Below are positions 47,725 to 56,305 of a stretch of DNA of 63,694 nucleotides, one piece after another (within the stretch, counting starts at the first letter, position 1; each line of letters opens with the position of its first letter). Under the pieces are notes generated by a model. That model was not told where the DNA came from, did no database searches, and saw nothing but the letters and a program-made list of their open reading frames with translations. Made by a program: the position numbers and the translations under genes. Origin of the DNA: a virus (taxonomy: Duplodnaviria > Caudoviricetes); IMG/VR virus record IMGVR_UViG_3300047564_001096, positions 1 through 63,694 of that record, one strand, 5' to 3'.

Positions 47725-49285
47725 CTTTTATTCCTAACTCTTCTTTGTACAGGTCAACCAGCTTCTCGTGACTAGCAACTTTTCCTTGTAGCATCTGATA
47801 CATCTTGCGTTCTACTTCTGAACCTTGTAGATGCACAACGGTCATGCTATTCACTTGCCCAACACGATCTATGCGGGCTATGCACTGCAAGTATGTTTCC
47901 ACACTCATGACTGGAGACCAAAACACTACTGTATTGGCGGCAGTTAGAGTCACACCATGCGATGCAGCTTGAGGTTGAATAATTAGAACTCGTGGAAATT
48001 CTGAGGTTTGGAAACGATTGATTAGATCGCCTCGCTCTTTTGCTCCTACGTCTCCACTAATAATCTCACTAGTGATACCTTCTCCTTGTAAATGTCTAGA
48101 AACTAACTCAATGGTGTGACGATAAGGAACAAACACAATGACTTTATGTTCCGTCTCATCTAGCACCTCCATTAGGGCACTTAGTCGTGGAGACACATCA
48201 AACTCCACAACTTCACGGGTGTCTGAATAAACAGCCCCTCCCGAAATCTGTAACAACTTTGTTAACTTTGCCGCCGCATTGACTGCACTAATCTTTTCCC
48301 CTGCCGCCTCAATAAGCATCTGATCTTTGATTGCTCTGTAATAACGGATAACTTGGGGTGTTAATGGTACTTCACGGGTCTGATACATTACAGGCGGTAA
48401 GTCTAAGCATTGGGCTTTTTCAAACCGAATGGCAGGTTGCAAGGCATTGTAAACATCCTGTCTTGAAGTAGGCTTGGGCACGTACTTAAAGCGGGTAATC
48501 TGGTGCATAACCTTATCCCGCCAAGCGGTGAAGTATTTAGGTATACCCCCTGGATTTACAAGCTTAGCCAGCCCAAACGCATCTAGCGGGGACTGAGAAG
48601 CTGGTGTGCCAGTAAGCATCCAAAGCTTTGTAGAAGGGTCTATTAATTTTGCCAATGTTTTAAATCTTTTAGTCGTAGCTGTTTTATACGCGTTTGCTTC
48701 ATCAACCACAATTAGGTCAAACCCTAGTTTACTTATTTCTTCGGAAACAATCCCTACCCCATCGTAGTTAATGATGACAAACTCATAGATTCCGTTAATT
48801 ACTTTCTTGCGTTTATTGGCATCGCCGTAGGCTACGGCAACGCTTCGGTGCATGGCAGTTTTAAAAATGTCGGCTTGCCAAGCAGAGTACATAATAGATA
48901 GTGGGCAGATGATTAAAACACGCTTTACCAAGCCTTGAGTCATCAGGTAGTCGGCAGCCCAGATTACTGACGAAGTCTTGCCTGTGCCAGCCTCATTGAA
49001 GCAGAAAGCCCTGTCATGTAGGGATAGAAACGCAGCCGTGGTTTCTTGGTGTTTGAAGGGAGTGTACATCCCAGGCCACTTGTAATCCTTTTGTATCGGT
49101 GAAGGAACTTTATTCCCATAGACCTTGGCTACCCTTTGCATTTCTTCAATGCCCCAGTAAACGAGTAGCTCTGCATTTTTGCCATCATCCTTTAGGATTT
49201 GGCTTTTTTCTAGGTAGTTTGTTATTAGGCTAGCTTTATCCGAAGGGACGCTAAATTTAACAACTTCATTTTCAACTATTTCCAC
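47717..49285 (-). CDS. SNF2-family helicase
   Basis: EAGTGKT, VVDEA, LTGTP, HGVTLT, QCIARIDRVGQ. Confidence 0.92.
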   Translation of the reverse strand: MEIVENEVVKFSVPSDKASLITNYLEKSQILKDDGKNAELLVYWGIEEMQRVAKVYGNKVPSPIQKDYKWPGMYTPFKHQETTAAFLSLHDRAFCFNEAGTGKTSSVIWAADYLMTQGLVKRVLIICPLSIMYSAWQADIFKTAMHRSVAVAYGDANKRKKVINGIYEFVIINYDGVGIVSEEISKLGFDLIVVDEANAYKTATTKRFKTLAKLIDPSTKLWMLTGTPASQSPLDAFGLAKLVNPGGIPKYFTAWRDKVMHQITRFKYVPKPTSRQDVYNALQPAIRFEKAQCLDLPPVMYQTREVPLTPQVIRYYRAIKDQMLIEAAGEKISAVNAAAKLTKLLQISGGAVYSDTREVVEFDVSPRLSALMEVLDETEHKVIVFVPYRHTIELVSRHLQGEGITSEIISGDVGAKERGDLINRFQTSEFPRVLIIQPQAASHGVTLTAANTVVFWSPVMSVETYLQCIARIDRVGQVNSMTVVHLQGSEVERKMYQMLQGKVASHEKLVDLYKEELGIKDE

Positions 49286-49307
49286 GACTGTCCTTTAACT
49301 AAATTTA

Positions 49308-49460
49308 ACGGCGCCCCTTACGGGGGCTAGTCGGTCGAGCCTGTCACGCCAAGGAGAAGTAGCTAGAACCATCAGTACTAGACTTCAAAAACGTCGCTCA
49401 ACAGACATGGTTACGGAGTATGATTCAAACCCCACTGCCCACTCATGCCTTACAGCAGGT
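49308..49460 (-). ncRNA. Candidate structured RNA in the helicase leader
   Basis: Stems GGCATG/CATGTC, GTTGAGC/GCTCGAC, GAAGT.CTAG/CTAG.ACTTC and CCCC-GTAA-GGGG. Confidence 0.45.
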
Positions 49461-49461
49461 A

Positions 49462-49776
49462 TTACTTTTTCTTACGTTCTTTCTTACTTGTTTCTGATAC
49501 TAAGTTACCTTTTGAATCACGCTTAAAGCTACGGTTTTTGGCGGCAGTCGTAATGTACGTACCGTGACCATTACTACCTCCTTTGTCCAGCGCTTTGCGG
49601 TGGGCTACGTCTTTACCCTCCCGTGCATCTGCCTTGCCGTTGCCATTACCATCAGGAAGTTTCTTATCTATTGCGCGACGGGCACGTTGGCGTTCCATAC
49701 GACGAGGATGTTCCCCACGTTCTTTTTCTTGCTGATATTCTTTTGCATACGGTCTTGGTTTAGTTACGTAGGGCAT
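49462..49776 (-). CDS. HNH-like small nuclease
   Basis: GKDVAHRKALDKGGSN...KNRS. Confidence 0.6.
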   Translation of the reverse strand: MPYVTKPRPYAKEYQQEKERGEHPRRMERQRARRAIDKKLPDGNGNGKADAREGKDVAHRKALDKGGSNGHGTYITTAAKNRSFKRDSKGNLVSETSKKERKKK

Positions 49777-50432
49777 TATCTTTCCTTATGAAATTCGCAA
49801 GATTTAACAGGACACCACCCACACAAGGGGGTAGGGTTAGCTTGCCATACATCATTTTCGTACGAATGGTTCAACCTTTCAAGGTCATTTTCAAAATAAG
49901 ACCATAGCTTTGGAATCTGATCTCGTGTGTATTCCTCATCCATAAAACTCTCATGCATCACAAACAACAACCCAGCCTTAATCTTGTTGACTTCGGGAAA
50001 GTGGGCAAAGGTCATCAGCGCCATTAGCTTTAACTGCTTTGGGTCAGGATAGCGGTTAGAGCCAGTCTTGTAGTCAATGATGAACGCATAGTCGCCGTCT
50101 ACAATAAGCAAGTCCACAATACCCCGTACCCATCTGCCGTTATCACGGAACGCACACGGTTGCTTATCAGGTGTGAGTGCCATCTCATGCTCAGGATATT
50201 TAGTTCCAGGGATTGCAACTAAAGAGTCAAGTACAGGTTTAAAACGCTGATAGTTTTTCTCTAAGGGTTTACCCGTAGATACATAGTCTTCACAAGCCTT
50301 ATGCACAACAGTCCCATAAAGCATCTGTTCCGTAGGTTGCTTCTCGTAGCGTTTTAATATCTTTAACTCTTGGTATTGCTTAGGACAGTTAACGTATTCT
50401 TTGAGAGCAGAAAACGACCAAGTAAAGTTCAT
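49776..50432 (-). CDS. PD-(D/E)xK exonuclease (RecB/Cas4-like)
   Basis: WSFS...CP; GIVD...IDYKTG; QL; C..CP...C. Confidence 0.88.
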   Translation of the reverse strand: MNFTWSFSALKEYVNCPKQYQELKILKRYEKQPTEQMLYGTVVHKACEDYVSTGKPLEKNYQRFKPVLDSLVAIPGTKYPEHEMALTPDKQPCAFRDNGRWVRGIVDLLIVDGDYAFIIDYKTGSNRYPDPKQLKLMALMTFAHFPEVNKIKAGLLFVMHESFMDEEYTRDQIPKLWSYFENDLERLNHSYENDVWQANPTPLCGWCPVKSCEFHKER

Positions 50433-51163
50433 TTTGACATATTACCATGTTTAGGATGCCGTGCTAAGTTGTTTAGTCCTAGTTGTTGTATATCATAGCC
50501 GTGACCTTCTAAATATTCAAACAACGCTTTACGCTTAGGCTCAAACCATGGCTTCCATGTCCATGCCTCAAAGATAATCGGCGGATAGTTGTTCTTTTTG
50601 ATGGTTTCAATACCGCCCTTAATGACCTCAAGCTCGTGCCCTTCTACGTCAATCTTAATTAGCCGTACGTTTTGGTGTGTGCCTGAGTCCAAAGTAAATA
50701 CTACTAATGGTTCTTTTGCGCCTTCGGTTTTGCACTCGTAATCATTTTCACGAGCTTCTTTGTCCATGCTAAATGCACCGATGTTGACCTCGTTAGCGTA
50801 GTCAGGCATGGTAAGCACTAGCCGTTTTTCTTTATCAGACATCCCAAAATTATGACAATGAACGTTGTCTAATCCGTTAATAAACGTATTGGCACATAGC
50901 TGGTAATAGACTATCCGTTGTGGCTCAAAGGCATGGTAGGTATGCTTTGATACTTTCTTAGCCAGAGGCACACAAAACGTACCTAAGTTAGCGCCGATGT
51001 CTAGCACTTCGCCCGCAGGTTCGTTTATTAAAAGCTTAAGGCTTATTTGATGTACGTCGTCTTCGTACAGTTCTTGTTTCAAATGGTTTGAGATTAAGTC
51101 TTGCCCTTTAAATACTAGGAACTGCGTGTCGTCTGCTTTTACTAATTCACAATTTGGTAACAT
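50429..51163 (-). CDS. FkbM-family methyltransferase
   Basis: VLDIGANLG, AFEP, IKIDVEGHE. Confidence 0.92.
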   Translation of the reverse strand: MLPNCELVKADDTQFLVFKGQDLISNHLKQELYEDDVHQISLKLLINEPAGEVLDIGANLGTFCVPLAKKVSKHTYHAFEPQRIVYYQLCANTFINGLDNVHCHNFGMSDKEKRLVLTMPDYANEVNIGAFSMDKEARENDYECKTEGAKEPLVVFTLDSGTHQNVRLIKIDVEGHELEVIKGGIETIKKNNYPPIIFEAWTWKPWFEPKRKALFEYLEGHGYDIQQLGLNNLARHPKHGNMSK

Positions 51164-51164
51164 A

Positions 51165-51938
51165 TTATTTCCTTGGTAAAGTACCGCTAAAGTTGTAAGT
51201 ACCGCTATGGGTTAGGTTTGCCCAAGGTGCGGCATATACTTTGAATCCTGCTTTGCGAGCAATCTTGCAGAAGTGGTAGTCCTCTGACAACAAACGATTG
51301 CCTGATTCTTCATCGATGCTAGTAGTAAAGAACTCATCAACAATCTTCTTTTTTGGGTTCTTGTCAGTAATGTGAATCATATCGTTGGTGTACTTAGGCA
51401 CTGTGGGTTGTAGAGTTTCAAATACATTACGCTTGATTAGCATGAAGCCTGTACCGCCGTTGTCAATTTCCATGGGATTGTTAATGTTGCCTTCAGTTTC
51501 TAACGCACCACCCACTAAGTTCACTACAAAAGAACCTGTGTAATTACCTAAGTCTTTGTAGTCAACACCTTGCTTAACAGCATCATGCACTAACTTCCAG
51601 TTAATTTCTTTCTTGGGATAAAGACCGCAAATAATATCCTTGTCGGCTTTTACCATACGTACAATATCTTTTGGATTAAAACTAATGTCCGCATCAATAA
51701 ACATTAGGTGACTTGCGTCTGATTGTAAAAAGTCATATGCCATGCCATTACGGGCACGAGTAATTAAAGATTCATTCATCATGTACGAGTAGTACATTTG
51801 AATTTTGTGCGGCATAAACGTCTGCACACACTCTAAGATACCCATGGTGTAACCACCTGTGCATAGCCCGCCATACATCGGTGTAGCTACAAATAATTTG
51901 ACGGGCTTTGGTGCTTGTATTTCATCTAGTTCTAACAT
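51165..51938 (-). CDS. GT-A fold glycosyltransferase
   Basis: ATPMY, SLITRARN, FIDAD (DxD), GTGFMLI, SEDYHFC. Confidence 0.85.
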   Translation of the reverse strand: MLELDEIQAPKPVKLFVATPMYGGLCTGGYTMGILECVQTFMPHKIQMYYSYMMNESLITRARNGMAYDFLQSDASHLMFIDADISFNPKDIVRMVKADKDIICGLYPKKEINWKLVHDAVKQGVDYKDLGNYTGSFVVNLVGGALETEGNINNPMEIDNGGTGFMLIKRNVFETLQPTVPKYTNDMIHITDKNPKKKIVDEFFTTSIDEESGNRLLSEDYHFCKIARKAGFKVYAAPWANLTHSGTYNFSGTLPRK

Positions 51939-51953
51939 TTAATTTCCTTTTAG

Positions 51954-52262
51954 TTATCTGTACTTCGGTAAGCATTGTATGTCGACTACTACATCAGAAG
52001 TCTGACCTGTAATTCTACGACGAGCAAAAGTAGGTGAAGCTCTTAATCCTGAGTCTTCGCATAAGCGAGTAGCCTCTACCACTTGAGTCCTACTCATAGC
52101 TGTAACCTCTGTCTCATAAACATAAGCTACGGCTGGTATGTTAGTTGTATTAGTGATAGGTATATTCTGAACATTAAGTGGGGGTGTAAATACTATTGAC
52201 TCAGGCTTTTTGCTTGCACAAGCTCCTAGCAATACGGTTAAGACTACTATTAGTTTTTTCAT
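51954..52262 (-). CDS. Lipoprotein
   Basis: MKK + hydrophobic stretch + LGAC lipobox. Confidence 0.8.
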   Translation of the reverse strand: MKKLIVVLTVLLGACASKKPESIVFTPPLNVQNIPITNTTNIPAVAYVYETEVTAMSRTQVVEATRLCEDSGLRASPTFARRRITGQTSDVVVDIQCLPKYR

Positions 52263-52272
52263 TTACTTCTCC

Positions 52273-52743
52273 TTATTCACGAACGTCAATGTAATTTGCA
52301 AACTTAAACAACGATGATGCCTTATTAAAATTTAATATTAGCCCTGCTTGGCGAGCATCCGCTTCCATATCATCAAAGTTATGGGTTTTTCTATTGTTTG
52401 TTAACCACTCATCCTCCTCATAAGTTTCAATAGTTTTGTTAATCTTGTTAATGTAAGTAACCTTTGTCCACGAATTTGCCTTGCCATTATTAAACATACC
52501 TCTAACAATCTTGATGTGATTACTGTGATTCCATGCCTGTATATATCCAGCAATGCCATATAAACCGTTCCAACCGCACTTGCCTGTATACATAACAACT
52601 GACCCAGCACGGTACTCAGACATAACCAACTTGCAAGTCGAGCCTGTTGGGTTGTCTAGTGGCATAGCATTGATAGCCATTTCTTGAGCATTAGCGCTCG
52701 AACACAGCAGGCCAATGCAGAAAACAAACGCTTTCATTTCCAT
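52273..52743 (-). CDS. Putative secreted protein
   Basis: Signal-peptide-like N-terminus ending ANA-QE. Confidence 0.6.
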   Translation of the reverse strand: MEMKAFVFCIGLLCSSANAQEMAINAMPLDNPTGSTCKLVMSEYRAGSVVMYTGKCGWNGLYGIAGYIQAWNHSNHIKIVRGMFNNGKANSWTKVTYINKINKTIETYEEDEWLTNNRKTHNFDDMEADARQAGLILNFNKASSLFKFANYIDVRE

Positions 52744-54614
52744 TCTTCCATCTCCCCATAGTTTTTACCAACTTGAGCTTCACATGCCACAGGCAATCCT
52801 TTAGCCCAGTCTGGTGGTGTTGACATGACCTCGACAATCCATGCACAAGCCTCGTTTACTTCATCTTCGGGAACTACGCACACCGCCGCATCATGTACGG
52901 TTAGCACAGGGCGATAGCGCTCAGTGAGTTTTAACATCTGCTCGCCCACGATGATCCGTGCAAGAGCTTGAACTACGTTTTCCACAATAGACCCGCCCCA
53001 TAGAGACACGGGGCCTTTGCGTGACTTGTATTCGTATCCGCTTTTAGTTTCATCAGTGTTGAGTTTTAGGTCGGGGTAGCGGATGTACAACCCGTTTGGC
53101 AATTTAAAGCCTTCCTTGGTAACAGCCACGCACTTATGCTTGCCATAGTAGAAAGACTTGCTAGTCGGTTGCCAGTCAGCCATAGCCTTTAGAGCTTTGT
53201 CGCCTTCTCTCCAAAGCTTAACAATCATATCGTTGGTGTCTCTGTACAATTTAACTATCTCGTCACACTTATCTTTAGTGAGGTCAGCGCCAGGCGGGCT
53301 AGTCTTTAGTGTGTGCTGTAACTTTAACGACCCAGTACCATATCCCAGTCCGAGGATGCAGGTCTTACCCACGAACCTTTCAACGGGATTCTTTTTTGTG
53401 ATTTCAATGTCATATATCTTCGACGCAAAAATGGAGTAAACATCGTCCCCGTTGGCAAACTCTTTAACCAAGTCTTCCTGACCCGAAAGCCACGCAAGTA
53501 CACGTGCTTCAATTTGAGACGAATCGCAGTTGATAACCATGTAACCTTCGGGCGCAACAACCGCATTCTTAAGGGCTTTTTTCTTTTTGTCACGGCTCGG
53601 AAGGTTTTGGAAATTGACCTTATCCGACCCTGCCCAACGACCCGTATGCGCTCCATAGTATTTAAGGGGGATTGGTAATCGTCCTTTGTTTCTTGCTCCA
53701 ACGTCAATGAAACGTTCAATGCGACTCTCCTCAATAGTTGATTTAGTCCCCAAACGCACGGCGGCGAGTTGTTGGATAAACGGGTCTTCGTGTTCAGTTA
53801 GTGCAATGAACCCTGTGTCGTTCTTTGCCAACGCATAGGTTAGCTTGCCAGTAGTCTTGCTTTCCTTCATTGGCACTTCAACACCAAAATCCTCTAGCAC
53901 TTGAGCAAATTGTTTATTACTAGCTAACTTCTTACGTACTGACTCTTCGTCTTCGCATTCAAGCTTTTCTTTAAGCGTCCCCAATAACTGTAACTTCTCA
54001 TGTTTTAGTTCTTCCAGTCGGTCAACCAAAAGAGCATCGTCTACCTCCAGCACAGGATTAATAAACATCCGCAAAGTTAAATCTATCAGTTGTAATTCGT
54101 CTGCTGGGAACGCACTCGACAATACTTGGAAGAGCTTAAAAGTTAGCTCCACATCGTTCTTACAGTATTCGCCGTATTGCGCAAGCTCGCTATTTGAGAA
54201 ACCAGTTATCTGTTTGCCTTTAGCGTCAACGACCTCTGTACCCTTCTTGCCTAAGTTATAACGCTCAGATAGGTACGCTAAAGAGCCTCCGACATCCACA
54301 CCATTGGTCGCCCTACCCATGCAAAGCGTATCGAGATATAACTTGGGTTTAATGCCAAATCGCCATGCAAGGATTGCACCATCAAACATCGTGTTATGAC
54401 AAAGGAGAGCAGAATCGTTCCACGGGTACGTGGAAAGGTATTTTTGGATGTCAAGGTGTGAGCCAGAGAACCATTCAGTGATGCCCTCGCCAACCTTGAC
54501 ACCAACACCAATCACTTCAAAGCGTTTGTCCCTGATGTATTCCTCAGTTGTTAGCTTAGTTAGTGAGTAGTCTTGAGCGTAGTAAGTCTCAAAGTCTAGA
54601 GTAATGAGGTTCAT
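52734..54614 (-). CDS. polA: DNA polymerase family A (3'-5' exonuclease + polymerase)
   Basis: Exo I LDFET; motif A DSSQIEAR; motif B R...KTCILGLGYG; motif C VHD. Confidence 0.95.
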   Translation of the reverse strand: MNLITLDFETYYAQDYSLTKLTTEEYIRDKRFEVIGVGVKVGEGITEWFSGSHLDIQKYLSTYPWNDSALLCHNTMFDGAILAWRFGIKPKLYLDTLCMGRATNGVDVGGSLAYLSERYNLGKKGTEVVDAKGKQITGFSNSELAQYGEYCKNDVELTFKLFQVLSSAFPADELQLIDLTLRMFINPVLEVDDALLVDRLEELKHEKLQLLGTLKEKLECEDEESVRKKLASNKQFAQVLEDFGVEVPMKESKTTGKLTYALAKNDTGFIALTEHEDPFIQQLAAVRLGTKSTIEESRIERFIDVGARNKGRLPIPLKYYGAHTGRWAGSDKVNFQNLPSRDKKKKALKNAVVAPEGYMVINCDSSQIEARVLAWLSGQEDLVKEFANGDDVYSIFASKIYDIEITKKNPVERFVGKTCILGLGYGTGSLKLQHTLKTSPPGADLTKDKCDEIVKLYRDTNDMIVKLWREGDKALKAMADWQPTSKSFYYGKHKCVAVTKEGFKLPNGLYIRYPDLKLNTDETKSGYEYKSRKGPVSLWGGSIVENVVQALARIIVGEQMLKLTERYRPVLTVHDAAVCVVPEDEVNEACAWIVEVMSTPPDWAKGLPVACEAQVGKNYGEMEEWK

Positions 54615-54775
54615 TCGCTATCTTTTTCTTTTCTCTCGTCTAGCTCAACTTTTGCTAACTCTACTAAGTAATCTTTTTCATCTATACCAAGCTTCTTAGC
54701 TAACTCTAATTGAACATCGGTCACTATAAATTGGTGAAATGTTTTACCGTCTTTTTTTATTTTGATGGTCTTCAC
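54611..54775 (-). CDS. 54-aa protein resembling the scaffold C-terminus (not in ORF track)
   Basis: AAGGA SD, GTG start, ATGA overlap with polA; MKTIKIKKDGKTFHQFIVTDVQLELAKKLGIDEKDYLVELAKVELDERKEKDSE. Confidence 0.75.
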   Translation of the reverse strand: MKTIKIKKDGKTFHQFIVTDVQLELAKKLGIDEKDYLVELAKVELDERKEKDSE

Positions 54776-54807
54776 TTAAATCCTTAAATAACAAATTCAA
54801 TAGATAC

Positions 54808-54842
54808 AAAAATAGGGAGCAGAGCATAAGCCCGACTCCCTA
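54808..54842 (-). terminator. Terminator-like hairpin
   Basis: TAGGGAG...CTCCCTA followed by T5 on - strand. Confidence 0.6.
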
Positions 54843-54846
54843 GGGG

Positions 54847-55263
54847 TTACTTGCTTAGATTATTAAGTTCTCTAGCGAGATACCATTGCGCCTTCTGCAA
54901 ATCTTCTAACTTACTTCCTTTGTGGTCAGCACGTGTGATGTACTTGACTACATTGCCAAGGTTATAGTTAAGAGACTTTGCCTCGATGAAATCAATAGTC
55001 TCAATCCCGCCCGCCTTGTAGTGTGGAGGGTGGTTGACGTTATCAACACCTTGCATCCTTAGCTTTCCACGCTGGGGTGGAACTCTATTTACTGGTGCAA
55101 GAGCCGTCATTGGTAATGACTTAGCTTTCTTCTTAGCATTGTATTTAGTTTGATACACAGTATTGATACTCACTCCAACGGCTTTAGCTACTTCACTTGC
55201 AAGAGCCTTTGGATGACTACGGATATAGCGTAACACTTTGGTGGCTTTGGTTAACTTCTTCAT
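54847..55263 (-). CDS. HTH + DUF3310 (T7 gp1.7-like) protein
   Basis: DNVNHPPHY..GGIETID...GNVVKY..R..HK...EDL.KA.WY; N-terminal EVAKAVGVS HTH. Confidence 0.85.
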   Translation of the reverse strand: MKKLTKATKVLRYIRSHPKALASEVAKAVGVSINTVYQTKYNAKKKAKSLPMTALAPVNRVPPQRGKLRMQGVDNVNHPPHYKAGGIETIDFIEAKSLNYNLGNVVKYITRADHKGSKLEDLQKAQWYLARELNNLSK

Positions 55264-55458
55264 TTACTTCTCCTTTTTAGTTGAACTACGTTTTACTGCG
55301 ACAATTCCTGTTTCATCTTTAGCGTTGCGAGCCTTAAGCATTGCATCTGCGTAGGTATATGCCACTTTTGCTACATCGTTAATAAGAAGTTCGTTTTGTT
55401 GAATTAAGCCCATTAATGCAAACATGGCAAAACAATCTCTTAGGTCTTGCTCATTCAT
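55264..55458 (-). CDS. Hypothetical protein
   Basis: LRDCFA...AY..ADAML.AR motif. Confidence 0.8.
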   Translation of the reverse strand: MNEQDLRDCFAMFALMGLIQQNELLINDVAKVAYTYADAMLKARNAKDETGIVAVKRSSTKKEK

Positions 55459-55597
55459 CTTGTTTGTCCTTTAAAAATTCTTCCATTAACTCAATCGCCC
55501 GATTGAAACCAGTTGTATAAGCCTCCTCAAGTCCGCCATCAGAAGTTATAAACTTCTCGTCTTCAATCCAGTCTTCAAACTCTTTCTTTGCTCTCAT
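55451..55597 (-). CDS. 48-aa hypothetical protein MRAKKEFEDW... (not in ORF track)
   Basis: GGAGG SD; overlaps both neighbours. Confidence 0.65.
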   Translation of the reverse strand: MRAKKEFEDWIEDEKFITSDGGLEEAYTTGFNRAIELMEEFLKDKQDE

Positions 55598-55881
55598 GAG
55601 AAATGCACCTCCATATATTGATTAACATTAGATTCATTGATGACAAAAGCATAGCCACCATTCTTTTCAATCCGATCAAGGTTATCCATTTGCAATGCCG
55701 TAGGTTTGTTAGCACCCGACTTAATCTCTAAGCCGTAGAACTTTCCTTTGTGACACACGACAATGTCAGGCGCACCGCTACTTCCGTATCCACCTGTGGC
55801 TGGCATGATGTAATAGATTCCTTTTTCTTTAAGATATTTCTTAACTACGTCTTTAACTTTTCCTTCGGGTGTCATCGCCAT
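55594..55881 (-). CDS. VRR-NUC domain nuclease (start at MAMTPE; ORF extends to 55968)
   Basis: TPEGKVK...SGAPD...GLEIK...PTALQ. Confidence 0.88.
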   Translation of the reverse strand: MAMTPEGKVKDVVKKYLKEKGIYYIMPATGGYGSSGAPDIVVCHKGKFYGLEIKSGANKPTALQMDNLDRIEKNGGYAFVINESNVNQYMEVHFS

Positions 55882-55957
55882 ATCAATTTCTTCCTGTTCT
55901 TGTTGTTGAAGGGTAGTCTGTCTCTTCCAAAACCTACCCCAATAAAGTCTTTCTTCT

Positions 55958-56305
55958 TTATTCACCACGCAATGCCATTAAAGATTTATAGGAGAGGATG
56001 ATGCAAAACCAACTGTCACTTGCTCGCCATCCTATATCTCTGAAATTACTATCAACTGTCGTAGTCATCAGATGTAATTTAGTTACGTCATGGTCGCTTA
56101 CAATCTGCTTCGCATTTGCCAGCACCATCGCCATCTTGGTCTTAACTTCATCAGGCAATGTGTGTTCATCAAATACCCGATTAAAGTCATCACCAACATA
56201 TATGGTGTAGGAGTTTCCTTCCCTATGCAAAGGGACACGATAGAGGTTGAAGTCATACTGGTGAACTACTGGGCTTAAATCCCTGAGCATGGAATCAATG
56301 TCCAA
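55958..56305 (-). CDS. Hypothetical protein
   Basis: 115-aa ORF in operon. Confidence 0.75.
   Translation of the reverse strand: MDIDSMLRDLSPVVHQYDFNLYRVPLHREGNSYTIYVGDDFNRVFDEHTLPDEVKTKMAMVLANAKQIVSDHDVTKLHLMTTTVDSNFRDIGWRASDSWFCIILSYKSLMALRGE

Noticed and set aside
49776-50432. Cas4-like nuclease as part of a CRISPR system
   Set aside because: Stand-alone phage exonuclease; no array or other cas genes
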